From NCBI GenBank assembly GCA_026025795.1, contig JAPEUG010000135.1, positions 1 to 38,461 on the forward strand: DNA of 38,461 nucleotides. The letters run 5' to 3'. This document shows positions 22,169 through 34,152 of this stretch, one piece after another. The stretch is from Thelocarpon superellum (taxonomy: Eukaryota). Under the pieces are notes generated by a model that had not been told where the DNA came from, did not search any database, and saw only the letters and a list, made by a program, of their open reading frames with translations. Within the stretch, counting starts at the first letter, position 1. Every line of letters begins with the position of its first letter. The translations under genes and the position numbers were made by a program.

Positions 22169-22897
22169 ATGCATCGGGTCTGGCCGTCGGGCGAAGTCGC
22201 CTGGGCTCAGGCCGACCGACTCTCCCGAGCCGAAGGTAAGGGAGATGGACCACCGTAAGGAACGAGGGCCTGGCGGTGTCGCCCGACCCAGGTGCACGAC
22301 GGTCGTTTGACGGGTCCAAGTCTCCGCCGCCCAGCGCGTCAGACCCGTAGGGTACACGGCAGCGAGACGTCAAACGCCAGACGAGTCGTGAGTTGGATAA
22401 GACCATCTCTCTGGCATCGTACAGTGAGCCTGGCTGAGTCAGGCGAGATAGCCCTACGGCTAAATACGGTAGGGCTGCCTCCCACCTGCATCTGAGATGG
22501 GTGCCACGAAGTGGAGCCGGAGCTGGCGCGTCCGCCGATGGATCCGTGCGAAGTCGGAAGAGCGTGGCGGACGCTTGCCATGCAGCCGTTATGCAGTAGC
22601 CATTTCGACCTGCAGGGTTCCTGGCTCCATCTCCGCCGTCGCATGTCGCCCACCCCGGGTAACATCCCAATCGAGGACTACGCCGATGGCAGAGGCTAGT
22701 GATACCCCGAGGGATTGGATCGAGAGTTTCATGGGATGGGTACGGTGTGACCCCTACGTCAGACTACTCATCAAGCCCCACCGTCCAAGTCACGATCAGC
22801 CTTCCATCGATTGATGATACGAGCACTGCACACGCGACAAGTACTCGCCCTGCGAAGTTGGGTCAGTGGGTACCTCGACTTGGTGCACATCCAGTCC

Positions 22898-24721
22898 TCA
22901 TCGCTCCGCGAGGGCTTCAATGTCCACGACCTCTTTGACGGCTTCCGTCGTCAACACCAGAGGGGAGGTTGGCTGCACGCAAACACTGTCTTCGATACGG
23001 ATCCCCAACCCCCGAAAGTGCTCGGGCCAGCGCTCCTCGTCGGGCACGTACACTCCCCTACCGCTGCTGAGCCACCTTCCGAGGAGTGAGAGGGGATGTC
23101 ACTCACGGTTCAATCGTCACGCACTGGGACGTCTTCAGGCCGTCGTGGCGACTGTAGCCCGATGTATCATGCACGTCAAGCCCGACGTAGTGCCCGACAT
23201 GATGGGGAAAGAGAATCTCCAGCGCCTGGGACTCCACTTAGCCATGACCATGCCCCACATCCACGCATCGGGCTTACATCGCGCGACATGTCGAAGCCCA
23301 ATTGCGTCAGCTGGTCGCGAAGTCCCTTCTCTGCAGTCGCGTGGATCCCGTCCAGCGACAGGTTGGCATCCTCGCGACAGAGCGCGACGCACGTGCGTTG
23401 CACGCGCAGCAGTGCCTCATAGAGATCCCGCTGCGCCGGGGAGAACTGTCCTGCCACGGGCCACGTTCTCGTGATATCGGTGATGTAGCCGCCACGTTCG
23501 CCTCCCGCGTCAACGAGGACGAGCTCGCCCTCCCGCAAGACATCGTCGTTGCGCACGTAGTGGATACTGAGCGCGTGCGTTCCGCCCGCCACGACGGGGA
23601 CGTAGGCCGAGCCATCGCAGCCGTTGACCTTGAAGTGGTAGTCCAAGAACGCGGCCAGGTTGTGCTCCTGCGAGAACTTCTGCCGCATTGCCGCCGTGAT
23701 GGCGCGTCCCGAGGCCCGGCCCGCGGCGCGCATGTTGCTAATCTCCGCCTCGCTCTTCCATACCCGTAGCTCGTTCAGGAGCGGCCGTAAGGCCTGCACC
23801 CTCTTCCCACGGAGGAGCCCGTCCAACCCGCCGTCGGCGCCCGCGGGAGTCCCCAAGAACTTGGTGAAAGCCGACGTGGTCCGTGACCGGGGAGCGAGAT
23901 CGGTAAAGACCTCGCTAGCCGCCGTCACCATGTCCGGCAGGAGGCGTGGCAGCTGCTTGATATCGCCGGCCTATGCATGCAGCATCAGCCAATGGCCCAG
24001 GCGTCGTGTATCGGGGCAATGGAAGACCTCATCGGCATTGAAAACGTCCGTGGCCGCTTGCACGCCGGAGCGCGCCCCATCCCAGAGCTCCGCCTTGGCG
24101 TCCTTCGGGCGTACGTACAGATGGAAGATATGCTCGCCGTCGGGCCCAGTCTTCTCTACGGCGAATCAGTATGGCGGACCATCTGGAGCGGGACTTGGCA
24201 TACCGATAAGTGCGGCGGCTTCGGGTTCGTTGAAGCCTTGCCGAGTGAGCCTGGACACGTCTCGGGAACGGGCCGGGAGGGGCGGTACCAGTCAAGTAGA
24301 AGAAATTGGATTCCTGGTGGAATTCATAAAACACGGCACCAGAACGGTACTTGACCTCGGCGGCGGCGAGGACGGCGACGGCCCCGTCCGGGAGCTTGGC
24401 CGCAAGCTTGGCGCGACGTTGGGCGTACTCGTGCGCGCTGATGCCGGGAGTGACTGCGACGGGTACCTTGTTAGCCGGACAAAACGCGGAACGATAGCAC
24501 ACGTGTCGCTGCTCACCTTCGCCGGCCTTGAGGAGGTGCGGATGTGTCTCATGCAGTGGTTGGCCGAACTGAAGCTCCGCCGCTGAGACCGTCGCGTAGC
24601 ATCTCTGGGAAGCCACCTGCGTCGTCCGACATCGTTGCAGGCCAGGTCGGCCGGGACCCCTTTCGAGGCGGCCGATGCTCCGCTGCCGCGCGCAGAGCAA
24701 TCGACGTGAGGGTGGCCTCAT
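22898..24721 (-). CDS. ICP55: Mitochondrial Xaa-Pro aminopeptidase / intermediate cleaving peptidase 55, M24B family (~500 aa); exons 24721-24517, 24453-24289, 24236-24204, 24155-24028, 23970-23278, 23225-23107, 23057-22898
   Basis: Arg-rich presequence, FGQPLHETHPHLL, TPGISAHEY, LVDAGG..GYITDITRTWP, FPHHVGHYVGLDVHD, VTIEPGVY, GIRIEDSV metal-binding motifs. Spliced length is a multiple of 3. Confidence 0.93.
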
Positions 24722-25669
24722 CCTTGGGTGTCGATGCCGGTGGACATGGCTAGCTGTCGAGCTCGTGGCTCAAGCACGCTCTCCCGGTGCTCACGATCAT
24801 CCTCCCATGCACGGGCGGGTTTCGGCAGTTGCCGATGAAAACAAGAATTTGCTTCGCTCGTTCTTCTCGATAGTTGGGCAACTCGGCACTCAGAGAGCGA
24901 CGCTGTCGCTTGGGAAAGCCCAGCTGCCTACCCTAAGTCAAAGGCCCTACGCATGGTTCGCTGGTGCAACGGAGGCCCCTCTACAGCCTAGCCCTTCCCT
25001 ATTCTCTACCCCAAGCCTCGCGCCTCTCCACCCTACCGCGCGGACTATCTCGACCTGCGCCTGGCCACCGGTAAGCTTCACATGCTTCATCCGCCCTCCC
25101 AAATCACGACCAGAGACTGACGCGATGTAAATCCATCTCATTCGCCACGCTGCCTATACACACTGCACCGCCGGCCAAAGGATAGAAGAGCTATTTCCTC
25201 AAATCGTAATGCCTTTACGCCCGAGGCTAACCCGACCTCTGATCCTTATCCGCAGTATAAAAGCTGCGCGCTAAACCCCGAAACGAACGGACGATGAACA
25301 GCTGGAGTGCACAAAATCAGGCAACAAACAGCTTGGAAGGTACGCAATCGGGCAATGATCATATGCCAGGCTATAGCATTGGTTGACTGGGTAAGATGTC
25401 GCCTGGTCTCGGCAAATGCATGGGCATTGTTGCCGTGCATGTGCCGGCGCAGGAAACGAGTCCTCAGTTCACCGTCCTTAATGCATGAGATATGTGTGAT
25501 CCTTCAGGCCCGATGGACCGAAGGGATCTGTGACGGGTCTTTGAGCAGAGGACCTCACGTAGGTACATAAGAAGGGCCTGGACCAGCCAAATGGTAGCCC
25601 CTGGCCCCAGGTTCCTAGGTTCAGATCTCCATCTTCACTTGCGCTACATCCGCACCATTGCCGGTCAAC

Positions 25670-26323
25670 ATGTTTTCCACTCGTGCGTTCGCTTCTCTCG
25701 TCGCCGCGCTGTTCGCTAGCCACGCCGCCGTGCTGGCCGCTGGCTCCGATGCGCATCCGGCGGCCTTCGAGCCGACCTTCGACCCGTCGACCTTTTGCCC
25801 TGCTGGACAGACGACGGTGACCGCCCCGGCGGCTCTTGTCCTGTACCCGGCGAACCCCAAGGCCATTTACAACATTGTTGGGGACTTCTACAACATCTCG
25901 TGGATCGGTCCGAAGATCAATGCCACCAATGGCACCGACAATCAGCCCGGTGCCACACGCTGGATGGAGGGCGACCCCTTTGTGCAAGAGGAGCAGCTGA
26001 TTTGGTACGCGCTCAACACGACCTCATACGCCCACCAGCAGGTGGCCAGGACCGCTACGGCGGTCACGATAGCCCCAGGCTATGTGGAAGAGGCCTCGCA
26101 CCTCACCGTGGCCATCGTACCACGATGTGACGGGCAGGCGGCGCAGTTCGGCTTCACCGTCACCTTCTGCATGTCCGGCACGGCCCCGGCTGACCTTGAC
26201 CTGCCCAACGTCATCTTTACGGGAGCGAAAGGTGCGCTGCAAAAACTGTGGACATTGCTCGACATTCAAACCCCCTTCAACTCCACTTCCACGTGCGACC
26301 AGATCCTGCAACCGCAATCGTAA
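25670..26323 (+). CDS. Secreted glycoprotein, probable SRPBCC/Bet v1 (polyketide cyclase 2-like) fold (217 aa)
   Basis: Signal peptide MFSTRAFASLVAALFASHAAVLA; pattern IYNIVGDFYNISW..PGATR..EEQL typical of SRPBCC proteins, with a C-terminal helix; 4 Cys and 5 N-glycosylation sequons; intronless. Fold is inferred. Confidence 0.75.
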   Translation: MFSTRAFASLVAALFASHAAVLAAGSDAHPAAFEPTFDPSTFCPAGQTTVTAPAALVLYPANPKAIYNIVGDFYNISWIGPKINATNGTDNQPGATRWMEGDPFVQEEQLIWYALNTTSYAHQQVARTATAVTIAPGYVEEASHLTVAIVPRCDGQAAQFGFTVTFCMSGTAPADLDLPNVIFTGAKGALQKLWTLLDIQTPFNSTSTCDQILQPQS

Positions 26324-26730
26324 GGCTATGAGCCGGGCCGATTCGGAAGGGCGGCGTCGAGCGGAGCCTGGTGTCGTAGACGCGGTGTTCATGACGGAGG
26401 AGCGGTAGACGTTTCAATGGAAGCTGCGGCCAAGGGTGTACTTCCAATCCAAGCCTGCAGAACCATGTTACAACGCCGACCGATGGAGTCAGGACGTCGC
26501 ACGCGGGTCCGGCTGTCAGGTGTGGCTCCGGTGTGGCGTAGATTCCGGACTCACAAATCTGACTCAGCCCCCAGGTGGAAAGAGAATGGGGATACTGGAT
26601 TTCAAAGCTCAACTAAAGTCGTACTTTGTCTCATCCTCCATTCCTGTAAAGTCCATTGCTTTCCTCAACGGAGTGTTCGCAGCGTCTAGGTCTCTGCTTC
26701 AGCTCATCGTGGAGATCGCGGCACGTCAAG

Positions 26731-27610
26731 ATGCGTGCCGAATTGGCATTTCCCAAGCAAGCTCGCAGCACGGTCAATCGGTACAGGCAGAGGGGTAAAC
26801 CCCCCGAGCTCCGGATCCGTGCCAGAGACCCGAGATGGCTAAGTGACGGTCTCAGGATCCTATGACCTCTCCTGCGTGCACGGCATCGTCAATGCCACGT
26901 CCGTGCTCCACGTGTCGTTTGTCCCTGATGCCGACGACGTCTTTCCCGCCATCCTCCCCATGATCGGGACGATGGCCTCGTTTGAGTTCCCCAGCGCAGG
27001 ACTGGACGAGCCACTGGACTGCTACCTGCATGGCTACGTCAGCTCACGTCTGATCAAGCTCGCGCGGCAGTCGGGTGACACGGGCGGGGAAGGGCTCCCC
27101 GTCTGCGTCGCCGCGACCAAAGTTGATGGCATCGTGCTCAGTCTGACGCCAAATTCGCACAGCTACAACTACCGCAGCGCTGTCATCCACGGCTACGCCA
27201 GCGTCGTCGAGTCGGATGAGGAAAAGGTGTGGGCCATGGAGCGCATCACCAACGGCGTGGTCACGGACCGATGGGCCCATACGCGGGTCCCGCCCGATAA
27301 GGCGGAGATGGACTCGACCCGCATCCTCCGCGTTCGCGTCGTCTCTGGGAGCGCGAAAATCCGTCAAGGGGAGCCCCATGATGCCCCGAAAGATCTCGAG
27401 CGGGAAGAGGTCGTCGGCACCACGTGGACTGGCGTAGTGCCCATCTATGAGCATTACAGCGAGCCGGTGGCCGGCGAAGCCAACCACGTGCCTGCGGTAC
27501 CTGAATATCTCTGCGACTTCGTCCAGACGGCGAACGAAGACGGCAAGCGAGCAGCACTGGACGCGGTCAAGGAGCCGAGCCATGGCAGGAACGTGAGCAA
27601 GGAGCCATGA
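26731..27610 (+). CDS. Flavin-nucleotide-binding split-barrel protein (pyridoxamine 5'-phosphate oxidase/NimA-like, 272 aa); exons 26731-26794, 26856-27610
   Basis: STVNRYRQRG|SYD via intron 26795-26855 (GTAAAC..GCTAAG..CAG); VLHVSF, YLHGYVSSRL, DGIVLSLTPNSHSYNYRSAV, SAKIR, WTGVVP. Confidence 0.88.
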
Positions 27611-29076
27611 ATCTGTTGGATGCGGTCCTGAGCCATTCTATTCCCGTAACATGGCATCAGAGAGTTGGCGCAACCCAACCGCCGTGATTGTGTCTCCCTG
27701 ATGACCATTCGAAGGTACGAGTACGTCGTTACGAGTACGTCGTACAGGATGGCTGGCAAGTTGCAAGTGCGTCGATGGACTGACCTGAAGGCCTGCAAAT
27801 TGTTTTGGTGGGGCAGACGGAACTCTAGCAATTATTATGGTGTAGGAAGCCTGCCGTAGGCGACGCTAGAGCCTAGCCCCTTTGGAACTCGTGGTCTGAT
27901 TATTATCGTGCAGTACCCGGGCATAAGAAGCCGGTTGGGGCGATCCGGAACAATCTGCTAAATCACCTGATCGTACGGCCGTAGAGCACCCGTGCTGTCT
28001 GCTATGAGGCTACGCGGATGTTCGGTGGCGACCGCGTCGACGCACACTGAAGCTACGAAGACGAGTAATCGGACTGCATGAGTAACGCGCTGAACAAAGA
28101 CACGCGAGCCAAAGATGACACCGGTGGGTACCTATGCTAGTCGTACAAGCATAGTACTACGCTCCGCTCCAGGCGCCTGGGCGATCAAGGGGTCATGGCG
28201 CTCCAAGCGGTTGGATTGCGGCCGTTCGCCGACCGCAGAGTGTCCCATTCCCACGTGGGAGGGATTTCGCTTGCACCATCACACGTACCATCCGACCTAT
28301 CCTTGCCGGCTCAGATCGCAAGATCAGTGCATCATGAAGTGGAGCAGACGAAGCGTACGGCAAGCAGGATGAGGTGGCAGGGGCAGGCAGGGAGACATGG
28401 CCCTAAGCATCCGAAGCTCCCAATACGAGATCCGGTCCCTCCAACGCCCCGGCCGCCGACTCGAACGCAAACGATCGGCCGGTGACGACCCGGGCGCAAG
28501 TAGGTTTGCACGGAGTCTGGGCGCCGCCCTCGCCGACCGCATTGGAGCCGGCTCCCCCCTTGGCGAGTGCTCTTGGTGGCCCGGCCGGCCGTCGGTCGAA
28601 ACGACTCCGAGATCATCGCGTCGCCCGCTCTGGAGTACCCGTGGGCTCGCCTGCGACGAGGAGGACCCCGGCAGATCTGCCCGCCGTCGCTAAGTAAATG
28701 CATGACGTTACCAATCACCCTGCGGCCACCCTGCGGCCTCACCCACCTAGCGGCGTTGCCCACATGTTAGCTTGGGAGAAGGAAGGGAAGGGAAGGGAAG
28801 GGCTCCAGGTCCGGAACCCCGGAAGCTCTCACGCCTCGTCAGCGTGGCCTGTCAAGCATCACAACGATGACCGTTGTGGGTTGGGATACAAAGGCTGCGC
28901 TCCGTCCCATTCGTGCAGAGCGGCCATCCGTATCACAGCTCAGACCGCTCAACCACCTCCCTCATCTTCTTCTTCTTCTTCTTCTTGTTCCTCGTTCCTA
29001 TTTTCAGCCTCGCTCAATGCTCGGCTCTACGGAGTAACGAATTCAACGCGACGCCCTCATCCGAAGCTTGGCCCCC

Positions 29077-32000
29077 ATGGCGAGCGAGGCGCCCCACGCG
29101 CCGCTGGGCTTGACCCCAGCAGCCAACGCCGCCACAACCACCACCGACGCGCCGGCGCATGACGTTGCGCCGGCCGTGCCGTCGGAGAAAGACGACGTAC
29201 TTGAGGCAGACGAGGCCGAGGAGTCTCAATTTGAACCCATTCGATCCACCACGAGCCGGATGCAGCGTAACCTGACCGGCGATGATTTGTTCAAGGCCCT
29301 GTCGCAACGCCGGACCAACGCGAGCAGTCAGGGCGAAGGGGTCGAGGACGACCATGGTGGTGTCGAGCGGGCGGACATCGAACGGCTCATGTCGCGCATG
29401 TTCGGCGCGGGGCGACAGGCCAACTCGGACGAAGAGAAGAGCCGCCATGTCGGCGTCATCTTTCGCCACCTGACCGTCAAGGGGATGGGGCTCGGCGCCG
29501 CGCTGCAGCCAGAGAACGCCGACATCTTCCTGGGCTTGCCACGTCTGATCGCGCGCCTGGTCGGTGGCGCGGGCAACAAGGTCAGCAGCCGGCCGCCCAT
29601 CCGCACGCTCTTGAATGATTTCAACGGCTGCGTCAAGCCCGGGGAGATGTGCCTCGTCTTGGGCCGCCCGGGCAGCGGATGCTCCACCTTCCTGAAGGTC
29701 ATTGGCAATCAGCGCTTCGGCTTCCAAGACGTGACCGGCGACGTCAGCTACGGCGGCACCGATGCCGCTACCATGGCCAAGAGCTTCCGCGGTGACGTCC
29801 TCTACAACCCCGAGGACGATCTCCATTACGCCACCTTGACCGTCCGCAACACGTTGGAATTCGCGCTGAAGACCCGCACGCCCGGCAAGGACTCCCGCGC
29901 CGAAGGCGAGTCGCGCTCCCAGTACACCGAGGAATTTCTGCGCGTCGTTGCCAAGCTCTTTTGGATCGAACACACTCTGGGCACCAAGGTGGGCAACGAA
30001 ATGATCCGCGGCGTGTCGGGCGGCGAAAAGAAGCGGTGAGTCGTACACCGGCCCGGGCCGGGACAGTCGCTGATGGTCATGTAGTGTGAGCATCGCCGAG
30101 GCCATGATCACCAAAGCCTCCACCCAGTGCTGGGACAATTCAACCCGCGGCCTGGACGCGAGCACCGCGCTTGAGTACGTCGAGGCCCTGCGGACCTTGA
30201 CCAACATGGCCCACATCTCCACCTTTGTGGCCCTCTACCAGGCCGGCGAGAGTCTGTACAACCTCTTCGACAAGGTGCTGCTCATCGAAGGAGGCCGCTG
30301 CTGTTATTTTGGCCCCACGGACGATGCCAAGGCCTACTTTGAACACCTCGGCTTCGTCTGTCCCGCGCGATGGACGACGGCCGACTTCCTGACCTCCGTC
30401 ACGGATGCGCACGAGCGCAACGTGCGGGAGGGCTACGAGCATCGCATCCCGCGCAACGCGGAGCAGTTCGAAAAGGCCTACCAGAACAGCGACATGGCTA
30501 AGCGCGCCCTCACCGACATCCAGGCCCTCGAGGCGGCGCACGACGAGCAGCGGCAGCGCCGCGAGGCGGCCCACGCCGCGCCGGCCAAGCCAAAGAACTA
30601 CACCATCCCCTTCTACAAGCAGGTCCTAGCTTGTACCTACCGCCAATTCCTCGTGACCAAGGGCGACAAGCTGTCCTTGTGGGGCAAGTGGGGCGGCATC
30701 TTGTTCCAGGCCCTGATCGTCGGCTCGCTCTTTTACAGCCTGCCCCACACCGCCTTGGGCGTCTTCCCGAAAGGGGGCGTCTTGTTCTTCGCCTTGCTCT
30801 TCAACGCCCTGCTCGCCCTCGCCGAACTGACTGCGGCCTTTTCGAGTCGGCCCATCGTGCTGAAGCACAAGAGCTTCTCCTTCTACCGCCCGGCCGCCTA
30901 CGCCGTGGGTCAGGTGGTGCTCGATCTGCCTCTCGTCGCGGTGCAGGTCTTCATCTTCGATGTCGTCGTCTATTGGATGGCCGACCTCGGCCACACGGCG
31001 TCGCAATTCTTCATCAGCCTCCTCATCCTCTGGGTGCTGACGCTCTCCATGTACTCCTACTTTCGCGCCCTAGGCGCCTTGTGCGGCTCGCTCGACGTCG
31101 CCTCGCGCCTCACGGGCCTGTCCATCCAGATCCTGATAACATACACGGGCTATCTGATCCCCCCGGGGAAGCAGCACCCCTGGCTACACTGGCTGAGCTA
31201 CGTCAACCCCGTGCAATATGGATTCGAGGCTCTGATGGCCAACGAGTTCACGGGTGCCGTCATCGAATGTGTGCCGCCATACCTGGTGCCCACGGGCCCC
31301 AATGTCACGGCGCAGCATCAGTCATGCCTCATCCAGGGATCCGTAGCGGGCCAGCCCAACGTCGACGGGGCCGCCTACATCGAGACTGGCTTCGGCTACA
31401 CGCGGGCGCATCTGTGGCGGAACATTGGCATCGTCATCGCCTTTTGGCTGTTCTTCGTGGCCTTGACCATGTTTGGGATGGAAGTGCAGAAGCCCAACAA
31501 AGGAGGTGGGTCTGTGACCATCTTCAAGCGTGGCCAAGTGCCCAAGAGCGTGCAGAAGTTGCTGGACAACAAGGCCGAGTCGCCGCGTGACGAGGAGAGC
31601 GGTGAGAAGCCGGCGGGCTTGGACCAGGCGGACACCAGTGGCTCCGACTCCGACCGGGAGGAGGTCAAGGGTGTGGCCAAGAACGAAACCGTCTTCACCT
31701 GGACCAACGTGAACTATCGCATCCCCTTCAAGAGGGGGGAGCTGCAGCTTCTACGGGATGTGCAGGGCTACGTACGCCCGGGGAAGCTGACGGCCTTGAT
31801 GGGCGCGTCGGGCGCGGGAAAGACGACGCTGTTGAATACATTGGCGCAGCGCGTCACCTTTGGCGTCGTCCAGGGCGACTTCCTGGTCGACGGGCGGCCG
31901 CTGCCCAAGTCCTTCCAGCGCGCGACCGGCTTTGCCGAGCAACAGGACATTCACGAGTCGACGGCCACGATCCGCGAGGCCCTACGCTTCTCCGCCCTCC

Positions 32001-33754
32001 TCCGCCAGCCCAAGGAGGTGCCGAGGGCGGAGAAGTACGAGTATGTGGAGAAGATCATCAGCATCCTGGAGATGGAGGACATTGCGGGCGCGACGATTGG
32101 GAAGATTGGCTCGGGCCTGAACCAGGAGCAACGCAAGCGCGTCACCATCGGCGTCGAGCTCGCCAGCAAGCCGGAACTGCTCATGTTCCTCGACGAACCC
32201 ACCTCGGGTCTCGACTCGGGCGCGGCCTTCAACATTGTCCGCTTCCTGCGGAAGCTCGCCGACGCCGGGCAGGCCATCCTCTGCACCATCCACCAGCCGT
32301 CGTCGGTGCTGTTTGAATACTTTGACGAGCTGATCCTGCTGAAGAACGGCGGACGGGTGGTGTACCACGGCGCGCTCGGGAAGGACAGCCGCGAGATGAT
32401 CACGTACTTTGAGAGGCACGGGTCCAAGAAGTGTCCACCGCGCGCCAATCCGGCCGAGTTCATGCTCGAGGCGATCGGGGCGGGCAACCCGGACTACCAG
32501 GGACAAGACTGGGGCGACGTGTGGGCCGCGTCGGAGGAGCACCGACAGCGGACGCAGGAGATTCAGCAGATGATTGTCGACCGGAGCCACGCCACCGCCG
32601 GGGCATCGACGCGGGACGACCGGGAATACGCGATGCCGCTCAGCACGCAGGTCGTCGCGGTCGTCAAGCGTTCGTTCGTGGCGTACTGGCGCAGCCCCGA
32701 GTACATCATCGGCAAGTTCTCGCTGCACATCTTCACGGGGCTGTTCAACACCTTCACCTATTGGAAGCTGGGCCACTCGACCATCGACATGCAATCGCGC
32801 CTGTTCAGCGTCTTCTCGACGCTCACCATCAGCCCGCCGCTGATCCAGCAGCTGCAGCCACGCTTCCTCGCGTTTCGCAACATCTACGAGTCGCGCGAGT
32901 CCAAAGCCAAGATCTACTCGTGGGCGGCCATGGTGACGGGCGCGGTCGCGGTGGAACTGCCCTACTCCATCGTGGCGGGCACCATCTACTTCAATTGCTG
33001 GTACTGGGGCGTGGGCTTCCCCCAGGACAGCTTCACGGCCGGGTACACGTGGATGCTCGTCATGCTGTTCGAGATCTTCTACGTCGGCTTCGGCCAAGGC
33101 GTGGCGTCGTTTGCCGCCAACGACCTGCTCGCGTCGCTGCTCGTGCCCGTCTTCTTCCTCTTCATCGTCTCCTTCTGCGGCGTCGTCGTGCCCTTTCAAG
33201 CCCTCCCCTACTTCTGGCGCTCGTGGATGTACTACCTCACGCCCTTCCGGTACCTGCTCTCCGGCTTCCTCGGCGTGCTTCTCCACAACCTCCCCGTCGA
33301 GTGCGCCGACACGGAGTTCGCGCGCTTCTCGCCGCCCGCGGGCCAGACATGCGAACAGTACACGTCGGCCTTTGTCAAGATGGTCGGTGGGTACGTGCAG
33401 GAGCGTGATGGTCTCTGCAACTTCTGCCAGTATGCGAATGGCGACCAATACGTGAGTTCTACCCCACTCTCCACCTTTTCCCTCCCCCCCTCCCCCCACC
33501 TCTGGACGGAGGACCAGAGGTGGGCCAGAGCACGAGAAGAAGGAGGAAGCTGACGAGGTACGCTCACTTCATAGCTGGCGAACCTGAACATCTACTACAG
33601 CGACAGATGGCTAGACTACGGCGTCTTCGCTGCCTTCTGCGTCTTCAATTTCATGGTCGTCTTTTTCTGCTCGTGGCTTTTCCTGCGCGGTGGTGCGAGG
33701 ATCCGTGCTGCTCTTCGTCCGCGGGCGAGGAAGCAGGCGAAGGCTGCGAATTGA
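29077..33754 (+). CDS. Full-size ABC-G (PDR-type) multidrug transporter (~1501 aa); exons 29077-30035, 30085-33451, 33575-33754
   Basis: NBD1 GRPGSGCST / VSGGEKKRVSIAE / CWDNSTRGLD; NBD2 GASGAGKTTL / LNQEQRKRVTIGVEL / FLDEPTSGLD; two TMDs and PDR extracellular loops. Introns 30036-30084 and 33452-33574. Confidence 0.96.
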
Positions 33755-34152
33755 TTAGTCGTGTCTGTCTGTCTGCTCCCACCTCCTCTTCTTCCCTTTT
33801 CCTCTTTTCTCAGCCAGCTTGGGAATGAGGGGGAGGGACGGAGGGAGGGAGGAAGGGAGGGAGGGAGGAAGAGGCAGAGGATAGATCGACTTGGGGTCCC
33901 ACAGAAGGATAAAGCAGACCGTAATTCACGGTTGATGGGTTGGGAGATAGGTAGGTAGGTAGAAGGATGGAACCGGGAGGGGAGATAGATTTATACTCAG
34001 ATGCCCGTGTAATTGTCCAATTCATGTCATTACTGTCATCCATCCAATCTATTTAGATTCGTCCCCCCGGCCGAATCCCATGCTCTACATTCAGAAACGC
34101 CGCTTGAAGAGATAGAGGGAGTGTGCGCGTGTGTGTCTGTGTTTGGTATCGC

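Noticed and set aside
29659..29688. Walker A with Cys instead of Lys (GRPGSGCST) in ABC NBD1
   Set aside because: Normal degenerate site of fungal PDR transporters, not a novelty.
31982..33499. 505-aa and other long - strand ORFs antisense to the ABC transporter
   Set aside because: Antisense shadows of a GC3-biased gene with the typical V/E/D/H/R composition.
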